DNA of 64,000 nt from Octopus bimaculoides. Taxonomy: Eukaryota. Each line of letters starts with the position of its first letter. The first letter of the stretch is position 1. The translations under genes were made by a program, and so were the position numbers. The notes beneath the pieces were generated by a model that was given only the letters and a program-made list of their open reading frames with translations, had not been told where the DNA came from and did no database searches. Where the stretch lies: the NCBI RefSeq assembly GCF_001194135.2, contig NC_068986.1, positions 110,912,860 through 110,976,859 on the forward strand. Reading direction: 5' to 3'. Shown piece by piece: positions 11,270-23,910 of this stretch.

Positions 11270-13048
11270 TTGTAGATTAACAATTGTTTGTTTGAGTTCT
11301 GAGTTTCGGCATTCTTGACCACAGTTTTGGACTGTTGCTGCATAATGAAGGCTTTCTCGTCGAGACTCTCCGCTGTTGGAGAATTGGTGCGCATCACTGT
11401 TGAAGATTATCGTTGTGCGACTAGCGCGTGAGTATTTTTGCTGTTTTCTCCCCATTGTGGGGCTGAAAAGATCGTTTTTCAATATCGTAAACGCTGAGAG
11501 CGACGCAAAAACCGCTGCAGTAGGAACAGTTCCGTCGTTGGACCTGAAGCAGATAATAGTGAATAAGGAGGAAATACGAAGAAGTGAACAATATATACAA
11601 AAGGGGGCAGACGCAATAAAACTAGTCCCTTCAGAAGGAACGGTCGAGGATAAAAGTGATAGGTCGGTGGTGTGCCGCACTTAAGCAATCGCCACCAATA
11701 AAATTGAGAACCTGTCGGAGGGTGGCCTGGAGGCATGTTTGGGATCCCTTTTAAAAACGGCAACCTTCGTGAGCCGAGGAAAAAATATGGTACGGTGGAA
11801 GTGAGTTTTGCTACCAAAGAGGAGGCTGCCTCACATCCCATCACTATTTTATGCTGTGAAAAGTTGACGCTATTGCCAAACTACAGGGGCAGGCGAAGTG
11901 TAGGCATTCGCGTTGGAAGGGTGCCACCAGAAATAAAGCCGGAGTGGTTGGTAGCAGCTGTTATGGCTACCACCGAGGAGAATACCGAAATAGTGTCAGT
12001 GGGAAAAACGATCAAGTTGAACTGAAGCGGGTACGGTGACGAGATGTAGCTTTTTGCCACGTTCAAGGACATCGAACAGGTCCCCGACCAGATACAGATT
12101 CCAGGAGAGAGTTCCTTAAGAGTGATTATTGAGGGAGGAAGACAAAATTGTTGAGTGTGGAATAAGCGGTAACATGAAGATGCAGTGCCCCAAGCACAAG
12201 ACTTCTTAGAGTGAGAAGGCTGTGGAGAGGGACCAATTGACGCAATAACGGAGACATCGAAAGGCATATGGAGTGCGCCAGGGATAAAGAAGATGTGGAG
12301 TCAAAGAAAGGCAGAACGAAAGCGACAAGTGAGGAGGAGTGACGGGTTTATCAGCCCCAAATAAAAGGTGACAAAGGAAAACTGTGAAAGACCAGCAACA
12401 GAACCGAATAAGACATCCAAAGAAAGAAAGGAACCGCCTATATTTAAATACATGCAGACGATTGAAACAGAACCAAAGGAGCGGGAAACAGTAGAGGAGA
12501 CTGAAGAGCAGATTTTGAAAAATAAGGCATTTGTAGTTTACTATGGAAAGGATGTGGACGTGGAAAAGGGGATTTCCAAGTAAAAGGGTTTTATAAGTGT
12601 GAAACTACCCTGAGAGAACGTCACCGATCGATAAAAGTGTGTATTATTGAACGAAGACAGATAAAAATCGTTTATAAAAACATATGCAAAGTATATAATT
12701 TCAATTCAGCGGCCGGTGGGGTTTGATACCCTACGACCCATGATTCAAAATAAAGACTTGGAAAGTTTAAAATATTGTAAAATATGAACATTTAAAAATG
12801 AAGATGTGAACTTCAAAAAGGAAAAAAAATAAAAAACGTTCAGAAAAGAACGTCTCAATGTAACCACTCAACTTCATTTGTCGAGTGAACGTTGCGCCTC
12901 ATTTTATCATTTTAATTGTTTTTTTTAATTATTTTTTTTTCTTCTTTACTAGTTTTCTTTCTGTATTTTTTACTTCTTCGGTTATGTGTCCTGTATTGTT
13001 TTGTAATGTCCCATCTATGCTTGTCCCCTTGTGGGTAATAAAAAAATC
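11270..13048 (+). mobile_element. Decayed ORF1/gag-only retroelement (Tx1/L1-like ORF1 with CCHC zinc-knuckle relic); no RT or endonuclease seen
   Basis: Broken plus-strand ORFs over 11376-12583 (MENWCASLLK..., KKYGTVEVSFATKEEA...RVGRVPPEIKPEWLVAAV). 12148-12188 reads C-W-E-C-G-I-S-G-N-M-K-M-Q-C if one base is restored (CX2CX4HX4C with H>N). A K/E-rich tail follows, then an A-rich end. Confidence 0.65.
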
Positions 13049-13060
13049 AGGACGTTGGTG
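12798..13060 (+). repeat. Direct repeat copy 2
   Basis: aatgtaaccactc (12857), ccccttgtgggtaataaaa and aggacgttggtg (13049-13060). Period ~1791 bp. Confidence 0.8.
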
Positions 13061-13159
13061 CTGACTTGGAGGAGGTTTGCGTTATCTGAATGCTCGTTAT
13101 TATTATTACTACTACTACCACCACCACACTACTGTTATTATTATTATTAGCAGCAGTAG

Positions 13160-13850
13160 TAGTATTGAAGCTGTCGCACAATATCCAATATCGTGATGTT
13201 ATGAGTTGAAGTTATTGTATATGTCGGGGATTTCTACTGTCTGTTAAGTCAAAGATGGACCCCAAGCAGATAGTACTTTTAGCAAAGTGCATACAGTTCC
13301 AAGAAAAGGCGATTTTCCAATACACATAGATTGTAGGGTATATTTAAAGTTTCCAGATATTTCTTCAGGATGGTTGGTATTGAACCTAATGCTCAGGTGA
13401 CAACAGGGACAAACTTTATGACTCTCCTCGTAGCTGCCACACCTTCGCGATCTCTATTCTCAGATCTCCATATTTACCAATTTTTTTCTCATTCTTTCAT
13501 GATGATATGTTGATCTGTTTATCCCTCTTCGGTGCTCTAACACCATGTTTGCCTCGATGTCAAATCCTACAGGATTTTTGCCCTACTGTTCTCCATTATT
13601 TTTTCGGGTGTATGTTGGTACCAAGCACACATTGCCTCCTATGCATACTTCTGGAATAGTATGCAGTGAGGTTCTTGTGCTACCTTGTGTCTTCGCTCGT
13701 ACCATTTCCGCGCAAATTTTGCACAAGCAGTAACAATGGGATTCACGCTTCTCCTACACGCTTTTCTCACATATTCTGCCCAAGTTCGTTGCACTTACTT
13801 TTTAAGACGTTTAGGTCTTACTTGCTCGAGTTCATTCTGTGAGAAGGGAC
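13160..13850 (-). mobile_element. 3' fragment of an R4/Dong-type RLE LINE (CCHC, RHD and restriction-like endonuclease)
   Basis: Minus-strand relics CRICEK...IVTACAKFARKWYERRH, WYQHTPEKIMENSRAKIL and KIGKYGDLRIEIAKVW...ALGSIPTILKKYLETLNIP. A (TAA/TAG)n-type tract adjoins at 13095-13160. Confidence 0.75.
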
Positions 13851-13929
13851 ATCAACCTGTTTTTAGAGGTCCCACTTGGTCTCTTTATGCAACCTTATAA
13901 GCTTTGGTAATTCAATGTTAAATTATCAT

Positions 13930-14060
13930 GGAAGACACTCAGTACTCAAGCACCAGTCTCAAAATCCTAGCCGTCCCCAATAACGTAGTTTTAGGGGCCT
14001 CGAGTGCCCTCGTGTCTATTCCAATTCTTATAGGATGCATTATATCTTGTATTTACAACT
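13930..14060 (-). mobile_element. Extreme 3' end of a second R4/Dong-type LINE
   Basis: Minus strand reads IGIDTRALEAPKTTLLGTARILRLVLEY*, the typical C-terminus of these elements. Confidence 0.65.
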
Positions 14061-14704
14061 TATTTTACGGAACCTGGGTGTCAAAATTCGTATATATGTC
14101 TACAAATAATGCGTCTATTGTTCGTAACTGTATTTGTATTTCATTAAAACCTGTGTCATATCAAACGGGGCAGCAGGTACCAAAAAGCGTGTATTAGGAA
14201 TGGGAATTAAGGAGAATGACAATTGTGTACAAGTATTCGGTGCATTCAAATATATACTCGATATTTGTGACCCACAACGGCTGAATACTTTTGAATAACA
14301 CTGGCAAAAATATACAAATAACGAATTAAGACTGAAACAGGATGTATTTTATATAGAAGACGATTCATGCATGAAGTTGTTCAGTATAACAAAACGAGAA
14401 AGCAACATGAATAATGATTAAATTAAATGTATGAAAACGAGCAACGTATAGAATATATTAAATAAAAATATATACATATGTTGGTCATTCACTCTAGTTT
14501 TGAAATATTACTCTGGAAGGGAATTGTCTTGGTGAGCGATTCATATAATTAGTCATTTTATTCCCAGTTCGATACAAATTCAATTCAATATACATACACA
14601 GAAACGTGCAAATATATTTATAGATGCACACATAAATGCATGTATACTTACACATAGCAATGAAAGAAATGTGTGTATATGTGTCTTTGTGCTTGTGTTT
14701 ATCT

Positions 14705-14900
14705 TCCCCCACTGTTCGATAACCAGTGTTGGTATGTTTGCGTCCTGTAATGTAGCGATGAGGTATAAAGAAAAAAAACGACAGAATGAGAACCAGATTT
14801 AAAGAATATAAGTAGTGGGATCGATTCCTTCGTCTAAAAAGCCTGAGGTTGGGACCCTAGCATGGCCGTAGTTAAATGACTGAAAGAAATAGTAAGTAAA
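14705..14900 (+). mobile_element. SINE family B, 3' part
   Basis: gataaccagtgttggtatgtttgcgtcctgtaa...gcatggccgtagttaaatgactgaaa is homologous to 29576-29760. Confidence 0.65.
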
Positions 14901-14924
14901 GGACACACACACACACATATATAC

Positions 14925-14999
<75 letters not shown>

Positions 15000-16179
15000 G
15001 ATATTTTTGGGACATTGAAATGTTATCTGGAATACAAATTTTGTTCTAATATTTAGTCGTTAATATATCGGATAAAATATGTACCTCGGCCAGAAGCAGG
15101 GTGATGAGCCACTCATATTGGATCGATCCACGTTTCTTCAGTATCACACACACACACACACACACGTGTATATGATAAAACAGCGCGTGTATGCTTGCCG
15201 GTATATACGTATACTTGTGTAAATCTATGTATGTTAATATGTCGATGATATACCCGTATCGATATAAGATGTACGTGTATGTTATATCGCAATATTTATA
15301 TTTGTATAGATCATCTTTTTATATGGTGGTCGGTGCATTTTCAATATGTTTAATGGGTTCTGCTGAATATTGTGACAAGCCGCAGATTACTACTGCAGGA
15401 TGGGAATCAGCCAATTATAAGAACTGTCTTCTAAAGTTTCCAACTTTATAGGTATTTATTCGATATGTTCGTAATCTTTAGTTACACACTGACATCGCTA
15501 TTCATACTTACTCACTAGGACACATAGCTATTCGAGAGTATGTACACACACGCACACATACATACACAGACAAGCACACACAAGTTATTAGATACCGAAT
15601 CTGCATAAATATTTAACTCTGCATTTCTGTTCAGCGATATTTTCCTCCAGTAACAGAAACTGATGAAGTTAGACCAACGAATGTCTATGTGTGAAGAACG
15701 CAGTCATTGTTTCTCCTAATCTAGGACTTTGCCATTATTTAGTAGTAGAAAAGTTAGTGTCGATATAACCAAAGTAAATATACATTATAGAGAAGGTTAA
15801 TCGACCATACAGGGTCAATCATAGTGATTTAAATATTAAGGCAATCAATGTACCTATTAATTATGCTAATCTCATGAATAAATTATTATTGCGCTCTAAA
15901 ATTATACTTAAGATGTGATTACACATCACTCATTAAAGAATAACATGAAACAATACAAAAATAGGAAGATATATTTTACACGTATAAATACTTGGACGTT
16001 GTTTTGTTTTTGTATTAAAGACAAATAAAGGGCGTTTGATAGAAATGGTGACACTAGAACCACTGTGCAAATGTACGCATTATCTGACCTCCAAGAAATA
16101 TTACTGGAGTAATGCACTGCATCATGTAGTTTGGCAAGCAGATATCTTGAAACTGAAGTTGGATAATCAAACAAAAATC

Positions 16180-16420
16180 CTTTTAAATATGTACATATGG
16201 AAGAATATCAAGAATACTTTGAAAAGGATAAGTTTAATGAAGAAGCATTACATGTAACAAATATCATGCAAACATATTATTAATAACAACTATTAGAAAA
16301 GGAAGCTAAATTACTTTGGTAAAAGCACACTGATTAGATGGTAAATGCTGGAGAGGACAACCAAGAAGAAACTGTTTTGATATGATCAAGGAGTGGACTT
16401 AACCGAATGAAGATCATCGA
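16180..16420 (+). mobile_element. RTE-clade LINE 3' fragment
   Basis: FNEEALHV, RKLNYFG and RGQPRRNCFDMIKEWT resemble the RTE C-terminal motifs RKLxYFGH and RGRPRxxWxD. Confidence 0.55.
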
Positions 16421-18416
16421 TACTGAATCCGCTGAGTGCAGATGATACCTGATAAGGATGATGATCATAACTAGAATATTTTTATCCTGATCTGCTTTAT
16501 CAGAACTGACCTATTGCAAAACAAATTTAGCATAAACGAACTGGAATTCCATTCACCACACCGGTTACATCGGTTGTACTTGTTAGTATAGCGTTAACAA
16601 CAAAAATCTAAGGAAATGCAATTATGTATCGAGGAACAAGATATGTTATGTTGGTAAATAATGCTTTGATTTCTTTTCTTTTTTTTGTTTTTGTTTTGAC
16701 AGAAATGTATAAAGCATATTCTCACACGTTTCAATTATTTTCTCAGGTTTCACTGCGAAGAATAAAAGTGAGTTTTGCTGTGAAATGAAACAGATGTTGC
16801 TGAAATGAATATAGACAAGAAAATCTCAAAACGGAATTCAGAATCATACGCCAAGAATAATAAAAAAAAAAAGATATTTAAAACATTGATAATGTTCGAT
16901 ACGTCGGACTATATTAATCCGAATGAGAGACGGCCGCTTCCAGCCAAAACGTTTACTATGGATATTTTTAAAAATATTTAATAGCTCACTGTAGACAAAC
17001 GGTAACCCGTCGACCAGTTGATTCTTCGATAAACACAGAAAAGTGTTTTAGTTTGGTGTAGTATATGTCCCTATATCATTGTTGTGATTAGTTAAATATA
17101 ACAGTATGTACAAAAACAGAAAGTATGCATAATATTTATTATAATGGATTATATATTTACATTGATCCTTGGCTTACCACAAAACCTTCTTCAATTTGTC
17201 AATCCTATTAAGCCATCGAACGAATTCTATAGCATTTGCCTTTCAACAATTTCAAATATTTTAGCACAAAATGTCAGCTTCTCGCACCTGTAGCAATGTG
17301 TATCTCTTGTTACTATTTTGTGAAATATGTTATAATACCACGTGATCCTATTTTTCTTAGGAGACGACCAAGACAAGGTGTATATTTGCTTTTGATGCAG
17401 TGTCATCTTTTATCTTTTAAAACTATTGAACTTCCAGTTATTTATTTGTCAGCTCCAAATCACCGCAGACTGCGGTGACCTACGCTTCAGAACACTATCT
17501 GTGTGACCGTTCCACGTTTCTTTTTTCTTGTCAAAGAATAGTTTATTTCAAACTACATAAGTGAGTGAGACTTTCATTTTGATCGATATTTGTTTGTTAA
17601 TTTTCGCAAGATATCTGATCATGCAAAGACAACACCGACATCTGATTTGCTGAAAAAATTTATCGTAGTTTCTTAACTTAGGATGTACTTTAAATTACAA
17701 GTGTATTGCCATACTTTTTAATATTCCAACACAAGGATAGCACCGACAGAAATAAAGTCTCATGTGGATAAATGTTTGCAGTAGATGACGTATATAGATG
17801 CTGTAGGCTCTATTGTCAAAAACCTACTGACTTTGAAATTTAAAAAAATATATCAAAATACGAAAAGAATTACTGTTGAGAAACCTGAAGAGATTTTTTA
17901 AACAATGCATCTCCCAGAAGAATACCTGAAGGAATCAGTAAAACAATTCAGGTTAGAAATCTAAGACCTCCGAGGAATACACGATGCATCTGGTGGTCAG
18001 TTTAGGATTCCCTGCAATATTTTTCGTATACGATAACTATCTAAAAGAATATTTCATGTAGTTCTTCTAGGCCATTTGGGAAATACAATGAGGTAAAAAT
18101 TCACTGCGAAATAGAAAAGATATGCGCAGATCAACGGCTTAAATCTATTTTATTCCCGTGAGTAGTCGTCTTTAGATTATTTTCGAAAATTCAGTGCAAT
18201 TACTTCGAATGGCCGAGTAGAAAACGGATGAACAATTTTGTTCCAACAACAAAAAATATTCGGAAGGAAACGTTCATTAAAGTTTTTGATATGAATTGAC
18301 TTTTCTTTCGTTCTGTTACTTCTCTGACTATTGCTCGTTTGCTTATTCGTATGTGTTCGCACATATTCACAAGTATACACACCCGCACATGCATAGACTC
18401 ACTTGTATGTATCTCG

Positions 18417-18455
<39 letters not shown>

Positions 18456-18461
<6 letters not shown>

Positions 18462-18845
18462 AAACGTGAAAGGCTTTGTAGGATACGGAGAGAAAGTTAC
18501 TATGGAAAACTCACAGTATAATAACTGTATATTGATATATCATAATATTTATTCTCCGATTTGAAGCGACAATTTTTAAATAGAAACATATGACCGAAAA
18601 ATGATGGGCTCACCCCAGGCAGAATCGGACTCACAAATCAACGCTTACACGGCTCCTTATACATCGGATACGGCTAAACACTCACTCATTAATTCTAATA
18701 AAACTTTGTTAATATAAGATTAAACTGTCTAATACTACATACAATATTCATAAACAAACCCGACAGGCTTTGTATGTTACGGAGCGAAAGCTACTGTCGC
18801 TTCAAATCGGAGAATAAATGTTATGATATATCATTATACAGTTAC
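18456..18845. repeat. Composite repeat: direct repeats (18456-18501, 18751-18794) plus 51-bp inverted repeats (18521-18571, 18795-18845)
   Basis: aggctttgta.g.tacggag.gaaag.tact occurs twice. tgtcgcttcaaatcggagaataaat.ttatgatatatca.tatacagtta is present in both orientations. Confidence 0.85.
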
Positions 18846-19164
18846 ATACATGCATATATGTGTGTGTATAAATAAATATATACACACACACACATATATA
18901 TATATATGCATATACATATGTTTATGCACACACACACACACATATATATATATAAATAAAGGTAAGAATAGAACAATATATTTATGTAGAGTGTTTTGTA
19001 AAATAAAAACTCAAGTAGATATATCGGTATAAATGTCATATATTGTGATATTATGGCCATACATATTGAATCAATAGAAATTTAGTTTAATTCAAGAGTA
19101 TATAGTTATTAATATTTAATTAAGGTGGAAGCACATTCCAGGCAATCTATTTCTTTATATATAT

Positions 19165-19595
19165 NNNNNNNNNNNNNNNNNNNNNNNNNNNNNNNNNNNN
19201 NNNNNNNNNNNNNNNNNNNNNNNNNNNNNNNNNNNNNNNNNNNNNNNNNNNNNNNNNNNNNNNNNNNNNNNNNNNNNNNNNNNNNNNNNNNNNNNNNNNN
19301 NNNNNNNNNNNNNNNNNNNNNNNNNNNNNNNNNNNNNNNNNNNNNNNNNNNNNNNNNNNNNNNNNNNNNNNNNNNNNNNNNNNNNNNNNNNNNNNNNNNN
19401 NNNNNNNNNNNNNNNNNNNNNNNNNNNNNNNNNNNNNNNNNNNNNNNNNNNNNNNNNNNNNNNNNNNNNNNNNNNNNNNNNNNNNNNNNNNNNNNNNNNN
19501 NNNNNNNNNNNNNNNNNNNNNNNNNNNNNNNNNNNNNNNNNNNNNNNNNNNNNNNNNNNNNNNNNNNNNNNNNNNNNNNNNNNNNNNNNNNNNNN
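19165..19595. other. Assembly gap (N)
   Basis: N run next to (TA)n. Confidence 0.99.
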
Positions 19596-19619
19596 ACCTG
19601 TAATTTTGGATTTTGTCCC

Positions 19620-19657
<38 letters not shown>

Positions 19658-20138
19658 TGTGTGTGTGTATGTATGTGTATTTACGTGTGTGTGTTTATAT
19701 ATGCACACTTCTCCACGTATGTATGTAAGTGTATGATTTTGTATGTACGTGTATATACTTTTATGTAGTATTCATTCAAGCAAATTTGCTGTGTTTATCA
19801 TTAGTAGAATTGAAAATTCAGAATATTATGGTTTCGTTTTGAGTTTTCCGTTGTTTTTTCTAATTGTGAAGGAAACACTCGTAACATATTCATACATGAT
19901 GATGTACACCTATACACACAAATGTGCGTATCGATGTGCATGCTACTACACACACATGTACACATAGACAGGCACCACTAAATAGAGTCAAGTACACACA
20001 TACAGACACACACATATTTTTATGTATGTAGACGCGTATATTTGCTTTATTAGAGATGAATATATAGTTGATGCTAGCGCAAAATTGTACTCGTACATTC
20101 ACAATCACTTTACTATATAGTTTGAGAAATAACTGCTT

Positions 20139-20173
<35 letters not shown>

Positions 20174-20389
20174 TACACGTAAAAGAGGTCATATATATAT
20201 ATGCAGTTTCATACATATATATATATATGTGTGTGTGTGTGTACACTTATGCACGTAGAGAAATCAACTGAATATAGACACCCGCATAGACAAGTTTATA
20301 AACACGCACAAACACTTTAACAAATAAATATAGAACTGCACACACTTACAGACTCACAGATACGAACATAGAAAAACAGGAAACGCATG

Positions 20390-20420
<31 letters not shown>

Positions 20421-20432
20421 GCAATTACCTGC

Positions 20433-20474
<42 letters not shown>

Positions 20475-20484
20475 NNNNNNNNNN

Positions 20485-20524
<40 letters not shown>

Positions 20525-22852
20525 CACGCATACATACATACAACTTCGTAGAAGGGCATGTGGATATATTCTTGCCGTCCTGATGTGTTTTGCGATGGGG
20601 GTTATTTTGGTGGTTGTTAATTAGGTCACCAAAATTATTAATTAGGACATTCATTTAAAACATTGTTTCGAAAACACAATTAATGTGCATTAATGAAAGT
20701 GTTTCATAAAGTGGATCCTTATATTGAATGAGGTCAAATGTTTCAAATGCGGTGTCCTTTTTCTCTCTTATATTAGGTGTGGTGATGTGGACTTTACAAA
20801 TTACCTCTTGTTAATGTTTGTGATGGTGATCAGGGATGTAACCATGTTGCTGGCCAGTCCTCACTGCTTGGGCTGTTGGCCAGTCTTCACTGCTTGGACT
20901 TATGATCAAATGATTTTACAGTCGTGAGTTGTCCGTTTTTACTCGTTATAATGCATCATAGACTACTTTAATCAATGAGGCATTCATTGACTTGTTAGAA
21001 AAATATGTGATTCCAAGATGATTTGGCAGCTATTTCTATCAAATAGATTAACTCTTTATAAGATCCTTCGCTTCGTCGAACATCTCTGTAGCAGTTTTCT
21101 TAGTCGTTCCCGTTGCTATCGATGTTCTTATCCTTGTTTTTATCTATACACTCAATAACCAAGAATTTCATCTTTGTGATGCAAAGCAACTTCGCTTTCA
21201 CCATTTTGCATTTTGCATATATTATACTGTTTTGTCCATAAAGCCCTTCGACCTTTTCTAGAGTAGCGTGCGGTTTTTCGGATAACAGGCTGCTAGTTGT
21301 AATAGGTTGAGCAGCCGCGTTAGGTTTGTTTCCTGTTCTAATAAATATTGGTATGCATGGTGAAATCTTGGTAGATATCAGCATTGATCAGGTAAAGAGT
21401 TCACTGGCTGTGTTTATGAAGAAGACCATTGGCTCTTGTTAGATTCCTGTTAGTCTGAGGAAGCTTCTGGATGAAAAGATACATCGTTGTCACGACCGAC
21501 TGTCCCATAATACCTTGAATCTTCATTCGACGTGCTATAAACACACATTCATCTTGAAACTGAAATTGTACTTTGACGAAACACACCAGCAATTGGCATA
21601 CTCCTGTTCAACTCTACCGAAAAGTATTATGAATAAACATGCAAGTCATCATTTTCTGCGGTAATTCTGATAAAATTGACAAAGTGGCAGTGTAATTAGG
21701 GAGCTGTTTATAATAATTTCTTCCGTTTCTTTTCAAACACAGGCGAGATCTCAACGCAGTCGACAATGCAATTCATTCAGGGTGGATAATTAAGCAATGA
21801 ATATATCGCTACTGTCCTCTCTCCACCATCGCAAAACCAGAATACAACGCTGAGTTGTACGAGTTGGTGCGAGGCTCACTTCATAGGTTCCATTTCTCGA
21901 TGAATAAAGAAGACCCGATTGAGAGCTAGCAGCCTGTTCCCATGAAACATTATGCTACTCTTACATACGTTTAATGAGAAACAGGTATGTATAATATGAC
22001 GGAGAATAAAATGTATCTATGTTAATGACAGGTCGTCTGAGATAAGTAGGATTCAAACGGTTACCATTGCATTTTGTGATAGGCCGATCCCAGTATTCCC
22101 GATCAAAAGAAGACAAGTGAAATGCGGAGAAGAAGCTGACCGAATGTAGATGATGTAACACTATATTTACTACTACTACTACTACTACTACTACTACATT
22201 ATAAAGACGGTGAATGTAGCAGTTGTAAATTTAGTTGTAGCCGAAGTAGCAGCGGCAAGACTTATCAACGTGGGAACAAACTCGGAAGGAAAACTTCCAT
22301 AGAAAAAGTTCTCATCAGAAGATATGTGAAAAAGCAATGGGCTCTTTATGAAGTCATCAGGTCTTCATCATTCTACTTATATCCTTGTGTAAACGAATGT
22401 GTTAAATATGATTGTATGAGCATATATTTTATCCAACTTTGCGTCGTGCAACTTTAGGTAATTAATTCTAGCTTGACCAAAGGATTATGCATATCAGCTA
22501 ATGAACTTGTAATAATTCGTAGTGAAACAATTGACCATTGTTGTTGTCAGCAATTTAATAATTCTTAATGCTTGTAACGAGGTTGGTTGTCGCGTGTTCG
22601 AATGTAACAATGTCCGAATATAACGTGGTAATAAGTGTATGTAGACATAAATGTCAGAAAGCATGTTTTGTTAATAGAGCAAAGTAATTTATTTCGGATT
22701 GTTGAGAAGTGCTGAGCAAAGTGAGCGCATATATGGGGGATTCAGAGATAAGCCATGAAAAGTTACACTTGGCCAAGTAGGTCAGAAGTTTGCAATGCTG
22801 AGGATGTAAGAAAATCAAACACGCAGTAGCCGGTGTTACGAAGGCTGGTTAA

Positions 22853-23019
22853 GACCTGTCCGCTGACGGTTGTGGCGAACTGTCTGATGACGGTTGTGCA
22901 GTGCTGTTCGCTAACGGTCGTTATATGTATTCGTTGATGGTCGTAGAGATCTGTTCGCTGACGGCAATGAAGGTCTGTTCCCTGACGGTCGTGCAGCTCT
23001 ATTCGGTGATGGCCGTGGC
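22853..23019. repeat. Seven-unit 24-bp minisatellite with coding-like pattern
   Basis: Units such as gatctgttcgctgacggcaatgaa and ggtctgttccctgacggtcgtgca. One unit is 23 bp. Confidence 0.85.
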
Positions 23020-23479
23020 ATCGATGTCTTCTGCGGACTGACTGCCAAAAAGCACTCTCCCCTGCAGGGCTGATGATTGCTACTTTGATAGGTATTCAAC
23101 CAGCTATGATTGGCTGTCGATGCCAATGCACAACGGTGCTCATCCGCAATAACGAAACACGGCTTTCTTGACTCCCTACATGATCCCGCTTCAGATTGTA
23201 TGTCGATATATAAAAAAGAACAAATGCAAGCATGCGCAAAATATGAGACAATAACAGACACTAAGGGCCAGTTCATATATGTATAAAGTCTTGCAAAATT
23301 CCGCGTCGACTGGACATGATGCGTGTGGAGTGGTGTGTGTAAGGAGTCCGTAACGCGATAAACCGATCGATAACAGGGTTTGCTTCTACAGAGGAAAAAT
23401 ATTCATTAGTGGCATGGAGTCACAACAGCGAATGAAAGTGGAAGTTTAGCCGAAACTCATGGGCCATGGCCCAACTAGA

Positions 23480-23910
23480 ACGTAGTAGATGTGAAAGAAG
23501 CGTGCGTGCGTCTGTTAAGCTGGATAGGACACGCGAATGAATGTATGTACCATTTGTGTTGGGCAGTGGAGACGAGAGAGTAAGCATGCTTCCAAAACAG
23601 CTGGTCGAATCTCAGTGGGGAGAAGAGACGAAGCGAAACTGTTGAGACGTCACACAGGATCTGCAGAGTGACACAGACGAATATGGAATTTGTACGTTGC
23701 AATGTTGAGAGAAGATGTCTTGAGTGAGTCCAGATGAGTTAAGAGGATTGCAAGTGTTGCTGATGAAAGGATTGTAGACAGCACCGGTTGCAGTGTCTGA
23801 TAACATTAACCACAAGCAAAAGCTTTTCATCGGTGGCACAAAGTGCCTGGAGGGATGCTGTAAAGAGAGTGTTTCCCAGCGTTAACAACCCGCGTTAAGC
23901 AGGTGTAGGT
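23480..23910 (+). mobile_element. Possible ancient RTE-like LINE 3' fragment
   Basis: RLLSWIGHA, MLPKQL and AWRDAVKR resemble RTE C-terminal motifs. Many stops. Confidence 0.3.

Noticed and set aside
11258-11280. tggtg after the first direct repeat as an LTR primer-binding site
   Set aside because: The same sequence follows both repeats and does not extend into a recognisable tRNA 3' complement. The repeats also lack TG...CA ends.
21743-21800. RDLNAVDN after a strong acceptor as an ankyrin-repeat exon
   Set aside because: No TPLH motif, an in-frame stop and no good donor.
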